Positions 23,101 through 31,361 of a stretch of 64,000 nt of DNA are shown here, in pieces. Each line of letters opens with the position of its first letter. Position 1 is the stretch's first letter. Origin of the DNA: a virus; IMG/VR virus record IMGVR_UViG_3300008113_000012, positions 1-64,000 of that record, one strand, 5' to 3'. Both the position numbers and the translations under genes were made by a program. The notes beneath the pieces were generated by a model, which searched no databases, had not been told where the DNA came from, and saw only the letters and a program-made list of their open reading frames with translations.

Positions 23101-23656
23101 GTTCTGTAGGAATACCGTAAATTTCATTTTTATCGTCTGGATTACCAAATTGACGATTAACTGGCAATGCTGCATTAATTACTTTAATAAATTGATCGTA
23201 CCAATTGGCATTTGAAGGATCGTTCCACGATACTGTCTGTCCTGAAAGATTTCTTCCGTTAGAATCGTATATAATTTGCGTGGTAGAAACTGTAGTAAAC
23301 TTTAATAATCCGCTAGCTGCAATATTTCGCTTGGCATTATAGCTTAATAGACGGGCAAGACGTATAATACTTTCTCTACGTTCAGATAACTCTAAAAAGT
23401 TATCTCTAGCATTCATGTCAATACGGAATGCAATACTTTGTCCAAGGAATGCGATAAGATCAATTAGAGCAAGATATTCGCTAGATTCAATATAATCGTT
23501 AAAATCTTCAGGATAATTTTCACGGATATACTGAACCATTACCCTACGTAGGTTCTCAAAGTCGTAGCTTTGAAAGTCTGCATTGCGGAAACTTTGGTAG
23601 ATACGTTTCCAATCTTCCGCTACTAGTAATCTATTTTGTCTATCAGTTGTTGACAT
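20186..23656 (-). CDS. gp6: Baseplate wedge subunit, T4 gp6-like
   Basis: DFENLR..YIRENYPEDFNDY..LIDLIAFLGQ..ARDNFLELSERRES..LA..LSY, SFSDGTFGNLP and QNRMITGEDY motifs; follows gp25. Start moved from the track's TTG (23668) to ATG 23656, which has a GGAAGG Shine-Dalgarno. Confidence 0.85.
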   Translation of the reverse strand: MSTTDRQNRLLVAEDWKRIYQSFRNADFQSYDFENLRRVMVQYIRENYPEDFNDYIESSEYLALIDLIAFLGQSIAFRIDMNARDNFLELSERRESIIRLARLLSYNAKRNIAASGLLKFTTVSTTQIIYDSNGRNLSGQTVSWNDPSNANWYDQFIKVINAALPVNRQFGNPDDKNEIYGIPTEQYRFQASNLDVPVYGFNKSVDGRNLPFEIVSTTFKDQTYLYEEPPAVGNRLAFIYRNDGKGNGSTNTGFFIHFRQGILNQGTFTIDQPSTNEIVDIDAININNDDVWLYKLDSQGQESEYWAKISSLEGNNTIYNSLKKSIRNIYSVITKAEDKVSLSFSDGTFGNLPRGTFRTYYRQSTGIAFTINPKDIRNVTIEIPYVSNFNQVETLSVTVSLQTSVANSAATESNDSIKANAPATYYTQNRMITGEDYNITPLSVNQQVVKVKAINRTSSGISRYFDLVDPTGKYSKTNLFADDGALYKEEYTDSFRFSYATRTDIQAVIYNQLLETLKSKQLRDFYYSKFTKIATESLSVSWYNKTTDVNQSTGYIGGTAPEPNTPYKTGVYTSTLLRFATPGALVKFTVADPTTQYFDRSNNNQIVTVLSGTQFPLNAATTIWCKIVSISGDGTNNGTGILADGSGTIILNDIVPTLARLAQIVPAWRTTIDDSTVATMVDLVFSNKPFGLRYDVESRVWKIIFEVNLDTASNFNLGNQGSNSNQQSDSSWMILFTTDTEFYTVKSRLLRFIFESDQQIRFYFDASDKIYDTRTNTIVKDKIKILSINTQPSDTIPFTYDREWEITEEFKGLDGYVDTKKIEVTFADTDDDSIVDDPNIFDEIVDPADPLNPVANNEKYVVLELYIIEQGQEDYRWIDNSNNTVLILNTQPLSGVDGQYYYFIDTNVVKQYSLVNGFVVSLNYRVYFGRANIKFQYIHNADYESRIDPGLTNMVDVFILTKDYDKTFREWLDDTIATEPLAPSSDFLYNMLSTDLNKIKSISDEIIYHPVKYKVLFGSKASPDVQAVFKIVKNAEVVISDNDAKSKVLSAINEFFALENWDFGGNFYFTELSAYVMNRLAPNIVNFIIVPKQSTLTFGSLYEIRAEKDQIFINGATVDDIEVITAITASKIKSSGLITTTARITSQQTITSAGNN

Positions 23657-23711
23657 ACGCCTTCCCAATTATTGAGTATTTAGCGTATATTATTATGTGT
23701 GTAGTTAATTA

Positions 23712-24155
23712 TTAAGCAATTAAACCGTTATCTTGATCGAATTTAAACTGTATTGACTCTTGTATGTTGTAAGGAAAATAGACTAAGGTACACTCAACTT
23801 GTAAACCTGTTTCGTAAGGTGTTACTATAATTTTTTCTGCACGTACTCTGGGATCATAGTTAATAACTGTTTCTACATCTTTTGTAATCATTTCTACCAT
23901 TTCATTTGTTAACGGTTCAAAGATAACGTCCCAAATAATAGTTCCAAATGTAGGTTGCTCTAATCTTTCACCCAATCGTATGTGAAAATGATTTATAATA
24001 TCCTGTTTGATTAAGAATAAATCATACAGCGCAAAGCTCTCAGTAGCCGTAGATACTGTGCTAAAACCTTTGTAAGTCTTAGATCCTGTAATAACTTGCT
24101 GTTGAATAGAACCTCTTAATGTGATTCTATCATATAGTTGAGAACTTGTTGCCAT
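23712..24155 (-). CDS. gp25: Baseplate wedge subunit/sheath initiator, gp25-like
   Basis: IKQDIINHFHIRLGERLEQPTFGTIIWDVIFEP...YDPRV is the GPW_gp25 signature. Confidence 0.9.
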   Translation of the reverse strand: MATSSQLYDRITLRGSIQQQVITGSKTYKGFSTVSTATESFALYDLFLIKQDIINHFHIRLGERLEQPTFGTIIWDVIFEPLTNEMVEMITKDVETVINYDPRVRAEKIIVTPYETGLQVECTLVYFPYNIQESIQFKFDQDNGLIA

Positions 24156-24162
24156 ACTTTAT

Positions 24163-26010
24163 TTAACCTTGTTGAGACGGGCCAACTTTAGAGAACGTAT
24201 CAGTTGATGTAGAATATGTTCTCCAAGCGCCTGCTGGTTCTTTCATATCTAATGTAAAATCGCCTTGTGCGTTTAATTCTTCGCCGTCTGTAGACTCGTA
24301 CCTACCTTCTTTATCTCTATCAAGTTTATCTGGCTTATAGTTTAACGGATCTAAATTTTCATGATGCGGGTAAGGTTCTGGAGTAGGCATTCTACGTACT
24401 ATCGCTTCTGTACTAATTAAAGATTGCCATTCATCTTGACTGGTTAAATCTACTATTGTATGCAACTTTAATCTCTGTGGTAAGCCTGCTTCAGCAGCAT
24501 CAGGGCCGCCAGCGGCAGCGGCAGCCGGTTGTGCTGGGTTGCCACTACTGTTCATATGAATCTGACTAGCAGTTTCCAAATGATTTCCTGTAGTTTTGAT
24601 ATGATGCGTTCCGCCAGTTGTAACCTTCCTATCTCCAGTAACTGTGTGATCAAATGTGCCGTTGTGTGTTATCTTAATGTTTCCATTGATAATAACATCT
24701 GTATTTCCACCAGTAGTAGTTTTTACAGTTCCGCTTTGTGTAACAAAATTTTCAATTACACTGTTATAAACAGTGTGTAAGAAATCTTTTTCGTACAATT
24801 TATCTACTTGCAACTTTACATGATGTTTGTAATTTTGTTCGTAAGTTTTATCTACATCTTGTTTGATTTGTATTTTTTGATTGCCGTCTACAATTAAAAT
24901 TTGATCGCCTATAACATGGGTGTGCTTTTCACCTTTAACTTTTGTATTAAAGTTTCTACCTGCTTCCATGTTGATATCGCGGTCTGCATAAAAATTAAAG
25001 TCTTGCTTGGTCCTAAAACTGATGCTGTCTTCTGCATAGACTTCCATCTTACCGTCACTGGTTAATTCAATCCATGCTGTGCCGCGGCTGTTACTAATAT
25101 AAATCAAATCTTCACTATTATGCATTAAAATTTGATGCCCTGTACGTGTACGCAGTCTAATCAGTTCATTGTGCAAGATATCTTTTATACCTGACTCACC
25201 TTGTTCAACTGCACCGTATTCTGGCGGACCTTCGTGTGCTTTAGTTTTACGCAGAAACTTGTCGTCACCGTCATCCATGACAAAACTTGAGCCGCCTAAT
25301 CGACTAACATAAGCATTAGGAATCTTATGTTCGTGTTTTCCTACTTTTCCTTGTTTGCCTGTTTTATCTACCGGGCCCGGAGTACTGATGCCAAATACCA
25401 TGCTAGGTACTTCTCGACGAGCACTTGAGGTTGTAATACCTCTAATGTCGTCTTTTAACAATCCTTGTGCTTCTAACTTCTTAGCACTTGGATGTTCAGG
25501 TTTTAATTTTTTAGTAGTGTCAGATTGCGTTTCACTGTGTATAATTTTATTATATTCAGTAACTGGTACTCTAGTTTTTTCAGTATCAGTTTCTCTACTA
25601 CTGTCAACAACATACTGTGTAGCAGCATATCCCGGCAGGCTAAAATTTATATCTTCGTTTTGTACACAACCAAACCAAAAACCTTTTCTAGTGTCGCCGC
25701 CAATGAAAATACAAGCAACAATTTGCCCTACATCTGGCGGAACAAACCACATGCCGTAGGACTTCTGTGTATTATTATGAGTATCTGGATCTTCACTTAC
25801 ATAATCAATACTAGTAGATCCGTAGAAAGGATTAAGATACTTTACAGTCCTTAATTGTCCTTCACGATCCTCGTCATTACCTGATTCAAGTAAGAGTTGT
25901 ACTTCAAGTGTTCCCATATAACTAGGATCAAGATGACTAACAACTTTTGCAAGAAACGGTCCTGCGTCGGGTGTAGTGGCGTTTGCGCCTTTTCTAAAAT
26001 TTTCTGCCAT
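24163..26010 (-). CDS. gp5: Baseplate central spike, gp5/VgrG-like (OB-fold plus beta-helix, no lysozyme domain seen)
   Basis: N-terminal DP..MG.L.V..GMWFVPPDVGQ.V..F..GD OB-fold, RTRTGHQI, and about 8-residue V.G repeats; lies upstream of gp25. Confidence 0.75.
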   Translation of the reverse strand: MAENFRKGANATTPDAGPFLAKVVSHLDPSYMGTLEVQLLLESGNDEDREGQLRTVKYLNPFYGSTSIDYVSEDPDTHNNTQKSYGMWFVPPDVGQIVACIFIGGDTRKGFWFGCVQNEDINFSLPGYAATQYVVDSSRETDTEKTRVPVTEYNKIIHSETQSDTTKKLKPEHPSAKKLEAQGLLKDDIRGITTSSARREVPSMVFGISTPGPVDKTGKQGKVGKHEHKIPNAYVSRLGGSSFVMDDGDDKFLRKTKAHEGPPEYGAVEQGESGIKDILHNELIRLRTRTGHQILMHNSEDLIYISNSRGTAWIELTSDGKMEVYAEDSISFRTKQDFNFYADRDINMEAGRNFNTKVKGEKHTHVIGDQILIVDGNQKIQIKQDVDKTYEQNYKHHVKLQVDKLYEKDFLHTVYNSVIENFVTQSGTVKTTTGGNTDVIINGNIKITHNGTFDHTVTGDRKVTTGGTHHIKTTGNHLETASQIHMNSSGNPAQPAAAAAGGPDAAEAGLPQRLKLHTIVDLTSQDEWQSLISTEAIVRRMPTPEPYPHHENLDPLNYKPDKLDRDKEGRYESTDGEELNAQGDFTLDMKEPAGAWRTYSTSTDTFSKVGPSQQG

Positions 26011-26022
26011 AGTTTATTTGAT

Positions 26023-28281
26023 TTAAGGATCTGGTGGTTGATCCGGCATAGGATTCTTATCAGGATAGTTACCAGATGACGGGGTGGATACAGCTGACGG
26101 TTGTCCTGGAATTCTATACAATGTTATTCGTTGGGTAAATTTACCTCTGTTAAATGTGCTTTCAACTTCTTGGACCCTGTACTTACCTGTAAACTCTCTT
26201 ACAATTTTTCCACCAGCAAAGTCATAAAATCCAGTGTCAGTATTAGCATCTTCTGGAGTTCTAAAAGTTACTTTTACAATAATCTGCCCTTCTTGCCAGT
26301 TCATTGAACCTTCTGAATTGATAGGACCGCTTCCTGGAATTGTAAAGTTGCCCATGCCACTATTTCCTATGAAGTACGGGTCTCCTAGTATAGTTAAATC
26401 AAGCTTCATTAAGTCGTTACCATTAGTGGCCAAATCGTGAAACTGTCTAGCTGCTTGAGTCGCATAGTCGTCAGGTACGCCAGCGCCGCCAAATTTAGCT
26501 GTTGAAGTTCCTGTTTTATCTCTACGAACTACTTCTGCACCAGTTCCGCCCGATGGTTGCTCTGATGGCGGGGATCCACCAGCTGGAGGTGGTACAGCAT
26601 TTCCAGTAGCAGGAGATAGCACAGTAGTTTCAGAATTCCTGCCGCCGTCAGCATTAAATGCTCTATAAAAATCAGTATTATAGTTAATCTGAAAATCTAA
26701 TATATCGTAATTTTTACCAGTGTAGATATAATTAAATTCTCTAGCAACAGGAGGATCATCTGGGGCTTTAGATTTTGTGTTTGGAGGCAAAAAGATTGTT
26801 GCGTCTACTTCGTAAGGCACAACTCTAAAAATTACTTTCTTAGCTTTTTCTCCGGTTTTTGGATCTTCGTCGGATATATTATGAAAATGCGTTTCAATAC
26901 GCCACCAAATAACTTTACCCTGTGCGGTTTGATTAGCTTCTTCTAACGCCTTTCTACCATAGTCACTTGTTAAAATAACCTGATTAATAATATCTTGAAC
27001 TGTAGATCCTTGAGCAAATTTAAAATCAGCATTTCTTGTATTAATTTTTATTTCGCCTCGAGTATAAACTCCTGAAGCTGGATCATAAGTTGCGCCATCT
27101 TTAGCAAATTGACTATCTGCTTTATTGTACTGATTTAACCCTAATTCTGATTCTCCAATTAAATTGCCGTCACTGTTGCTAGTGTACGGTGCTGGAGGAA
27201 ATACTATATCAATTTCATGTGCATAAGTGACATTCTTTTTTCTGTCTTTGTCATCTTTAAGTTTATCATTAATAATTTTCTTTAAGCTCTTAGCAGAATC
27301 TTTCAATAGTGCCTTAACTGTTTTTGGGCCGCCATCGTCGCAACTAAAACTAGCATCTGTTTTTATTTCTGCAAAACTAGTTGACATGCCACCTTCATTC
27401 CAAGGAGATGCAGCAATTTCATATTCAGAACCTTTTGCAGTAACTTTCATTGCAACATCTCGTATCTTTATATGAATAGCTTTATTAGTATTAGGTATAG
27501 TTTGAGATAGACTGTCTGCGTCAAAGTGTCCTGTAAACTCAATCTTTAACATGTATGACGCAGCGGCATAATTTTTGTTGCCTGCTTGTAGTGCCGCTGT
27601 TTGTAAACTTTCCCAAAATTTACCCATACTGTAGGGCTCAATTACTTTAAAAGTAATATCATGTACATTAGAATTTCCAGCTTGTTGATCTAATCCAACA
27701 GTTCCGCTTAGTCGTACATTGTCAATAAATGTAGTTGCACCAACTACAGGTTGACTGTGTTTTTCGCTAATGATACAGATTGATCCGCCTCTATCTCCGC
27801 CATTTACTTCACCGTCAGTTAATGCCCATAAAGAAAATAGATAGTTATATGATGCGTAGGCATGTAAGGGGTTAGACATGGCACTACCAGTAAATCCTGC
27901 CATACCTATACCAGAGCCGCTGCCGCCAAACAAATTAGCAATATTATTAACTGCACTTGTAATTGCTCCAACGGCTGCACCTGCTGCGGCAACTGCTCCT
28001 ACGGCACCCATAATTTTTCCAGCAGCATTTGTTAAGCCTGCATTGCCTGTTAGTGCTCCTAGAGCACCTACTGCGGCTGCGGCAGATCCTGCTCCGGCAA
28101 CTACTCCTGGAATTGAACCAACTATTCCAGTGCCAACATTAGTTAACCCGTTAACCGCAGAATTACGTATATCGGCAGCTGAACGACCAATTGAACTTAA
28201 TCCAGCGGCAGTCTGTTGAACTCCACTTACTACTCTTGAAGTAGTGGCGGCTGCTGTAGTTGCGGCATTTAATAACCCCAT
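26023..28281 (-). CDS. Probable baseplate hub protein (gp27/late-control-D-like) with Gly/Ala-rich N-terminal extension
   Basis: C-terminal LTILGDP...FTGKYRVQEVESTFNRGKFTQRITL pattern of hub proteins; located between the gp53-like and gp5 genes. Confidence 0.55.
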   Translation of the reverse strand: MGLLNAATTAAATTSRVVSGVQQTAAGLSSIGRSAADIRNSAVNGLTNVGTGIVGSIPGVVAGAGSAAAAVGALGALTGNAGLTNAAGKIMGAVGAVAAAGAAVGAITSAVNNIANLFGGSGSGIGMAGFTGSAMSNPLHAYASYNYLFSLWALTDGEVNGGDRGGSICIISEKHSQPVVGATTFIDNVRLSGTVGLDQQAGNSNVHDITFKVIEPYSMGKFWESLQTAALQAGNKNYAAASYMLKIEFTGHFDADSLSQTIPNTNKAIHIKIRDVAMKVTAKGSEYEIAASPWNEGGMSTSFAEIKTDASFSCDDGGPKTVKALLKDSAKSLKKIINDKLKDDKDRKKNVTYAHEIDIVFPPAPYTSNSDGNLIGESELGLNQYNKADSQFAKDGATYDPASGVYTRGEIKINTRNADFKFAQGSTVQDIINQVILTSDYGRKALEEANQTAQGKVIWWRIETHFHNISDEDPKTGEKAKKVIFRVVPYEVDATIFLPPNTKSKAPDDPPVAREFNYIYTGKNYDILDFQINYNTDFYRAFNADGGRNSETTVLSPATGNAVPPPAGGSPPSEQPSGGTGAEVVRRDKTGTSTAKFGGAGVPDDYATQAARQFHDLATNGNDLMKLDLTILGDPYFIGNSGMGNFTIPGSGPINSEGSMNWQEGQIIVKVTFRTPEDANTDTGFYDFAGGKIVREFTGKYRVQEVESTFNRGKFTQRITLYRIPGQPSAVSTPSSGNYPDKNPMPDQPPDP

Positions 28282-28282
28282 T

Positions 28283-28588
28283 TTATAATCCTAATACTTT
28301 CATTAACCTATCGCCTTTAGGAATATAAATCTGTGTACCTGGTATAAAATCGTAGATAGGATCTTGTAGTACATCAAGATTTCTCTGCATAAACACCCAC
28401 CATAATTTAGAATTTTTATACAAGTCAAATGCTAGTAAATCTGGACGGTGATTATATTGTGACTCAATAGTATAAAGAAAATCGTCAGGCTCTGCAGGCA
28501 CAGGGCGAATCTTTAAAAAGTCTAGATAGCCTTCTTTTATAGAAGTTTCTTTCCAAAGACTTGTAGGTTTATATGTTGCTGTTGTCAT
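28283..28588 (-). CDS. gp53/LysM-like baseplate wedge protein
   Basis: Y.I...RPDLLAFDLY....LWWVF..N....DPIYDF.PG..IYIP. Confidence 0.7.
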   Translation of the reverse strand: MTTATYKPTSLWKETSIKEGYLDFLKIRPVPAEPDDFLYTIESQYNHRPDLLAFDLYKNSKLWWVFMQRNLDVLQDPIYDFIPGTQIYIPKGDRLMKVLGL

Positions 28589-29400
28589 TATACGAATCCT
28601 GCACTTCCGCCATTAATAAAAGATTGTAAATTAAATGTTTTGATTTTTTCTCTACTATAGATAGGTTGTAAACTTACACTAAAGTTACTCTTAATAGGTA
28701 CATGACTTGATCCTGTACTAATGTAATCTACGCCACTTGGTAAATCAACACTATAAGATTTAATAATTACTGGGATGTCTTTAAAAACATAATTACCGTA
28801 AGCATTAAATTTTAAAATAATAGGCGGATTGCCGTCTGAAAACATTTTAGTGGTAGCTCTTAAAAAATTAACTGCTTTGATCCAAACATCTGCTTGCATT
28901 GCATCTTCAACATAAAATGGTGCTGAAATTGATATACTTTCAGCTTTGCTATTTTGATAAGAGAAAAAACTGTAATTCTGGTGTGTAATTGGTTGCTCGT
29001 CATAAGTAGCACCACCCTGAATTTGAATTGTTGGAGTATAGGGGAATACTAGTTCACCTAGGGGGCAAGTTAATCTTGCTCTCCAGTCGCCACTACCGCC
29101 ACCTCCACCAAATATACTAGCGATTGCGCCCAAAGCTCCGGCGGCTTGGCCGATAGCTCCGTTAAATAGTGCTGCTCCGGCTGCAAACTTAGCAACTGGA
29201 TTTCCGCCCGGGGGAAGACTAATACTTCTTAACGCACTAACAGACGCAACTGCACCTTGTGCAGAATTAATTGCACCTGAAATTCTTCCTGCGGTACCGG
29301 CGATCGTACCTAATGTACCCATGGCTTGTGTACCAATTGAACCTATTGTTGATGAGGCTTGGCCTACTGCTCCGGAAAAACTATCAAATGGACCTGGCAT
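28588..29400 (-). CDS. Probable tail-tube initiator/baseplate protein (gp48/gp54-like) with Gly/Ala-rich N-terminus
   Basis: LVFPYTPTI..PPIILKFNAYG..PVIIKSYSVDLP..VP...SVSLQP tube-fold pattern; first gene of the baseplate unit. Confidence 0.5.
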   Translation of the reverse strand: MPGPFDSFSGAVGQASSTIGSIGTQAMGTLGTIAGTAGRISGAINSAQGAVASVSALRSISLPPGGNPVAKFAAGAALFNGAIGQAAGALGAIASIFGGGGGSGDWRARLTCPLGELVFPYTPTIQIQGGATYDEQPITHQNYSFFSYQNSKAESISISAPFYVEDAMQADVWIKAVNFLRATTKMFSDGNPPIILKFNAYGNYVFKDIPVIIKSYSVDLPSGVDYISTGSSHVPIKSNFSVSLQPIYSREKIKTFNLQSFINGGSAGFV

Positions 29401-29422
29401 TATTTGGACTCCTTTGTCATAC

Positions 29423-29429
29423 TATTTAG
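29423..29429 (-). promoter_or_regulatory. Late (gp55-type) promoter CTAAATA for the baseplate unit
   Basis: TATTTAG on the plus strand, 22 nt upstream of the GGAG-led ATG at 29400. Confidence 0.6.
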
Positions 29430-29458
29430 TTGACAAAATTAAGTACATAGTTTATAAT
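29430..29458 (+). promoter_or_regulatory. Consensus sigma70 promoter for gp55
   Basis: TTGACA (29430-29435), 17-bp spacer, TATAAT (29453-29458): perfect consensus. Confidence 0.85.
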
Positions 29459-29477
29459 TATAGGAACTTGGACTATT

Positions 29478-30302
29478 ATGACAAAAGTTAATTACTTAAA
29501 CAACAAAGATTTACTAGAAGAAATACACAAAAGCAAAAATACATTCTGCTCATTTACGCAACCAGAGTATCATCGTTATGATTTGATATTGCCAAGTGTA
29601 GATAAAATTAATATTCGAACTATTGCTGAAGCTAAACGAGCGCAGGCAAAACGACAAAGCCAAGAAGCATATGTTGCCCGTAAGGCAGCTGGTGAAAAAG
29701 TTAAACAGGCAGATTGCGAAGTAGATTATAAAAAGATTCAAAAGACTGATGTTGTGTTTCGCATTATGACGTTTGATCATATTCCCCTGAACAATACCCG
29801 TAAAAAGAATCCTAAGACACTTGCTGACCATAGAGATAAAGTTAACTTTCCTCCGTTTCAACACTGGAAGTTTGATGATAAAGACATACTAGTGTGTGTT
29901 GGAAAAAGTCATTGGAAGGGTGATTTAGAAAAAGGCAAGTTTAATAAAGATCACGGGCAAATCACCAATACGCTAGCCCGCATGTATATTAAACTATGCG
30001 AACGCTATGCTACCCGTGGTAATGTTCGTGGCTACACTTACAACGATGAGATGCGTGGGCAGGCTATTCTACAGCTAACACAGATTGGCCTACAATTTGA
30101 CGAATCAAAGTCAGATAATCCATTTGCTTATTTTACTGCCGCAGTTACTAACAGCTTTGTTAGGATTATTAACTTAGAAAAACGTAATCAAAACATCCGT
30201 GATGACTTGTTAGAAATTAATGGCATGAACCCGAGCTATTCTAGAACTGGTTCTGGAGAACATGCTGCCGCTGTTAAGCGTTTCGACGAAACAACTGATT
30301 GA
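29478..30302 (+). CDS. gp55: Late-transcription sigma factor, T4 gp55-like
   Basis: NYLNNKDLL..., ATRGNVRGYTYNDEM, FDESKSDNPFAYFT...NSFVRII..EK; synteny with gp47-gp46. Confidence 0.9.
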   Translation: MTKVNYLNNKDLLEEIHKSKNTFCSFTQPEYHRYDLILPSVDKINIRTIAEAKRAQAKRQSQEAYVARKAAGEKVKQADCEVDYKKIQKTDVVFRIMTFDHIPLNNTRKKNPKTLADHRDKVNFPPFQHWKFDDKDILVCVGKSHWKGDLEKGKFNKDHGQITNTLARMYIKLCERYATRGNVRGYTYNDEMRGQAILQLTQIGLQFDESKSDNPFAYFTAAVTNSFVRIINLEKRNQNIRDDLLEINGMNPSYSRTGSGEHAAAVKRFDETTD

Positions 30303-30327
30303 CCTGTAGCCTTAAAACAACTATAAT
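30299..30327 (+). promoter_or_regulatory. Sigma70-type promoter for gp47-gp46
   Basis: TTGACC (30299-30304), 17-bp spacer, TATAAT (30322-30327). Confidence 0.75.
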
Positions 30328-30347
30328 AGTGCAACGGAGATACTATA

Positions 30348-31361
30348 TTGAGTAACCTTTTTAAACGAGTAGCCTGCTTTACTGACATTCATTTTGGATT
30401 GAAGTCAAATAGTCAAGTACACAACCAAGACTGCGAAGATTTTGTAGATTGGTATATTGCTAAAGCCAAGGAGCAAGGATGTGACACAGGTATTTTTATG
30501 GGCGATTGGCATCACAACCGCAATAGTCTTAACATTACTACTATGGACTACTCACTTCGAGCACTGGAGAAACTTGGACAGGCTTTTGATCAGTTTTTCT
30601 TTTTTCCAGGTAATCACGATCTTTATTATAAGGATAAGCGTGATATTCATTCAGTAGAGTTTGGCAAGTATATTCCTGGAATTACTGTAGTTCACGAACC
30701 CACTACTATTGGCGACGTTACCTTATGTCCGTGGCTTGTAGGAGACGAATGGCGATCAGTAGGCAAAAAAGGCGGAAAATATATCTTTGGTCACTTTGAA
30801 TTGCCTAGCTTTTTCATGAACGCAATGATACAGATGCCAGATCACGGTGAAATTAATCTCGACAGCTTTAAAGGTTACGAAATGGGATTTAGTGGACACT
30901 TTCACAAGCGTCAGAGACAGCGTAATATGATCTATATTGGAAATGCATTTCCGCATAACTATGCAGATAATTGGGATGACGATCGTGGCATGATGATCTT
31001 AGAGTGGGACGGTGAGCCTGAATATCATACTTGGCCTATGCAGCCTACATTCCGCACAGTTAAATTAAGCGAACTAATTGACAATGCCGATACTATTATT
31101 AAACCTAATCAGCATCTACGTGTCAGTCTCGATATTGATATTAGTTATGAAGAAGCTAGCTTTATTAAAGAGAAGTTTATGGCAGACTATACCATACGTG
31201 AACTTACGCTAATTCCAGAAAAGAAAGAAATTGAAATCAACACAGACATTGACATTCAAGCGTTTGAAAGTGTAGATCAAATTGTCAGCAATCAATTGAT
31301 TAATATTGAAAGTGATACATTTGACAAAAAAGTACTGTTGGAGATTTATAACAGCTTATGA
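30348..31361 (+). CDS. gp47: Recombination endonuclease subunit (Mre11/SbcD-like)
   Basis: Metallophosphoesterase motifs DIHFG, GDWHH, GNHD, GHF, SGHFH; TTG start with GGAG upstream. Confidence 0.93.
   Translation: MSNLFKRVACFTDIHFGLKSNSQVHNQDCEDFVDWYIAKAKEQGCDTGIFMGDWHHNRNSLNITTMDYSLRALEKLGQAFDQFFFFPGNHDLYYKDKRDIHSVEFGKYIPGITVVHEPTTIGDVTLCPWLVGDEWRSVGKKGGKYIFGHFELPSFFMNAMIQMPDHGEINLDSFKGYEMGFSGHFHKRQRQRNMIYIGNAFPHNYADNWDDDRGMMILEWDGEPEYHTWPMQPTFRTVKLSELIDNADTIIKPNQHLRVSLDIDISYEEASFIKEKFMADYTIRELTLIPEKKEIEINTDIDIQAFESVDQIVSNQLINIESDTFDKKVLLEIYNSL

Noticed and set aside
23657-23668. TTG start for gp6 giving MGRR extension
   Set aside because: These bases contain the GGAAGG SD for the ATG at 23656 and lie just downstream of the late motif.
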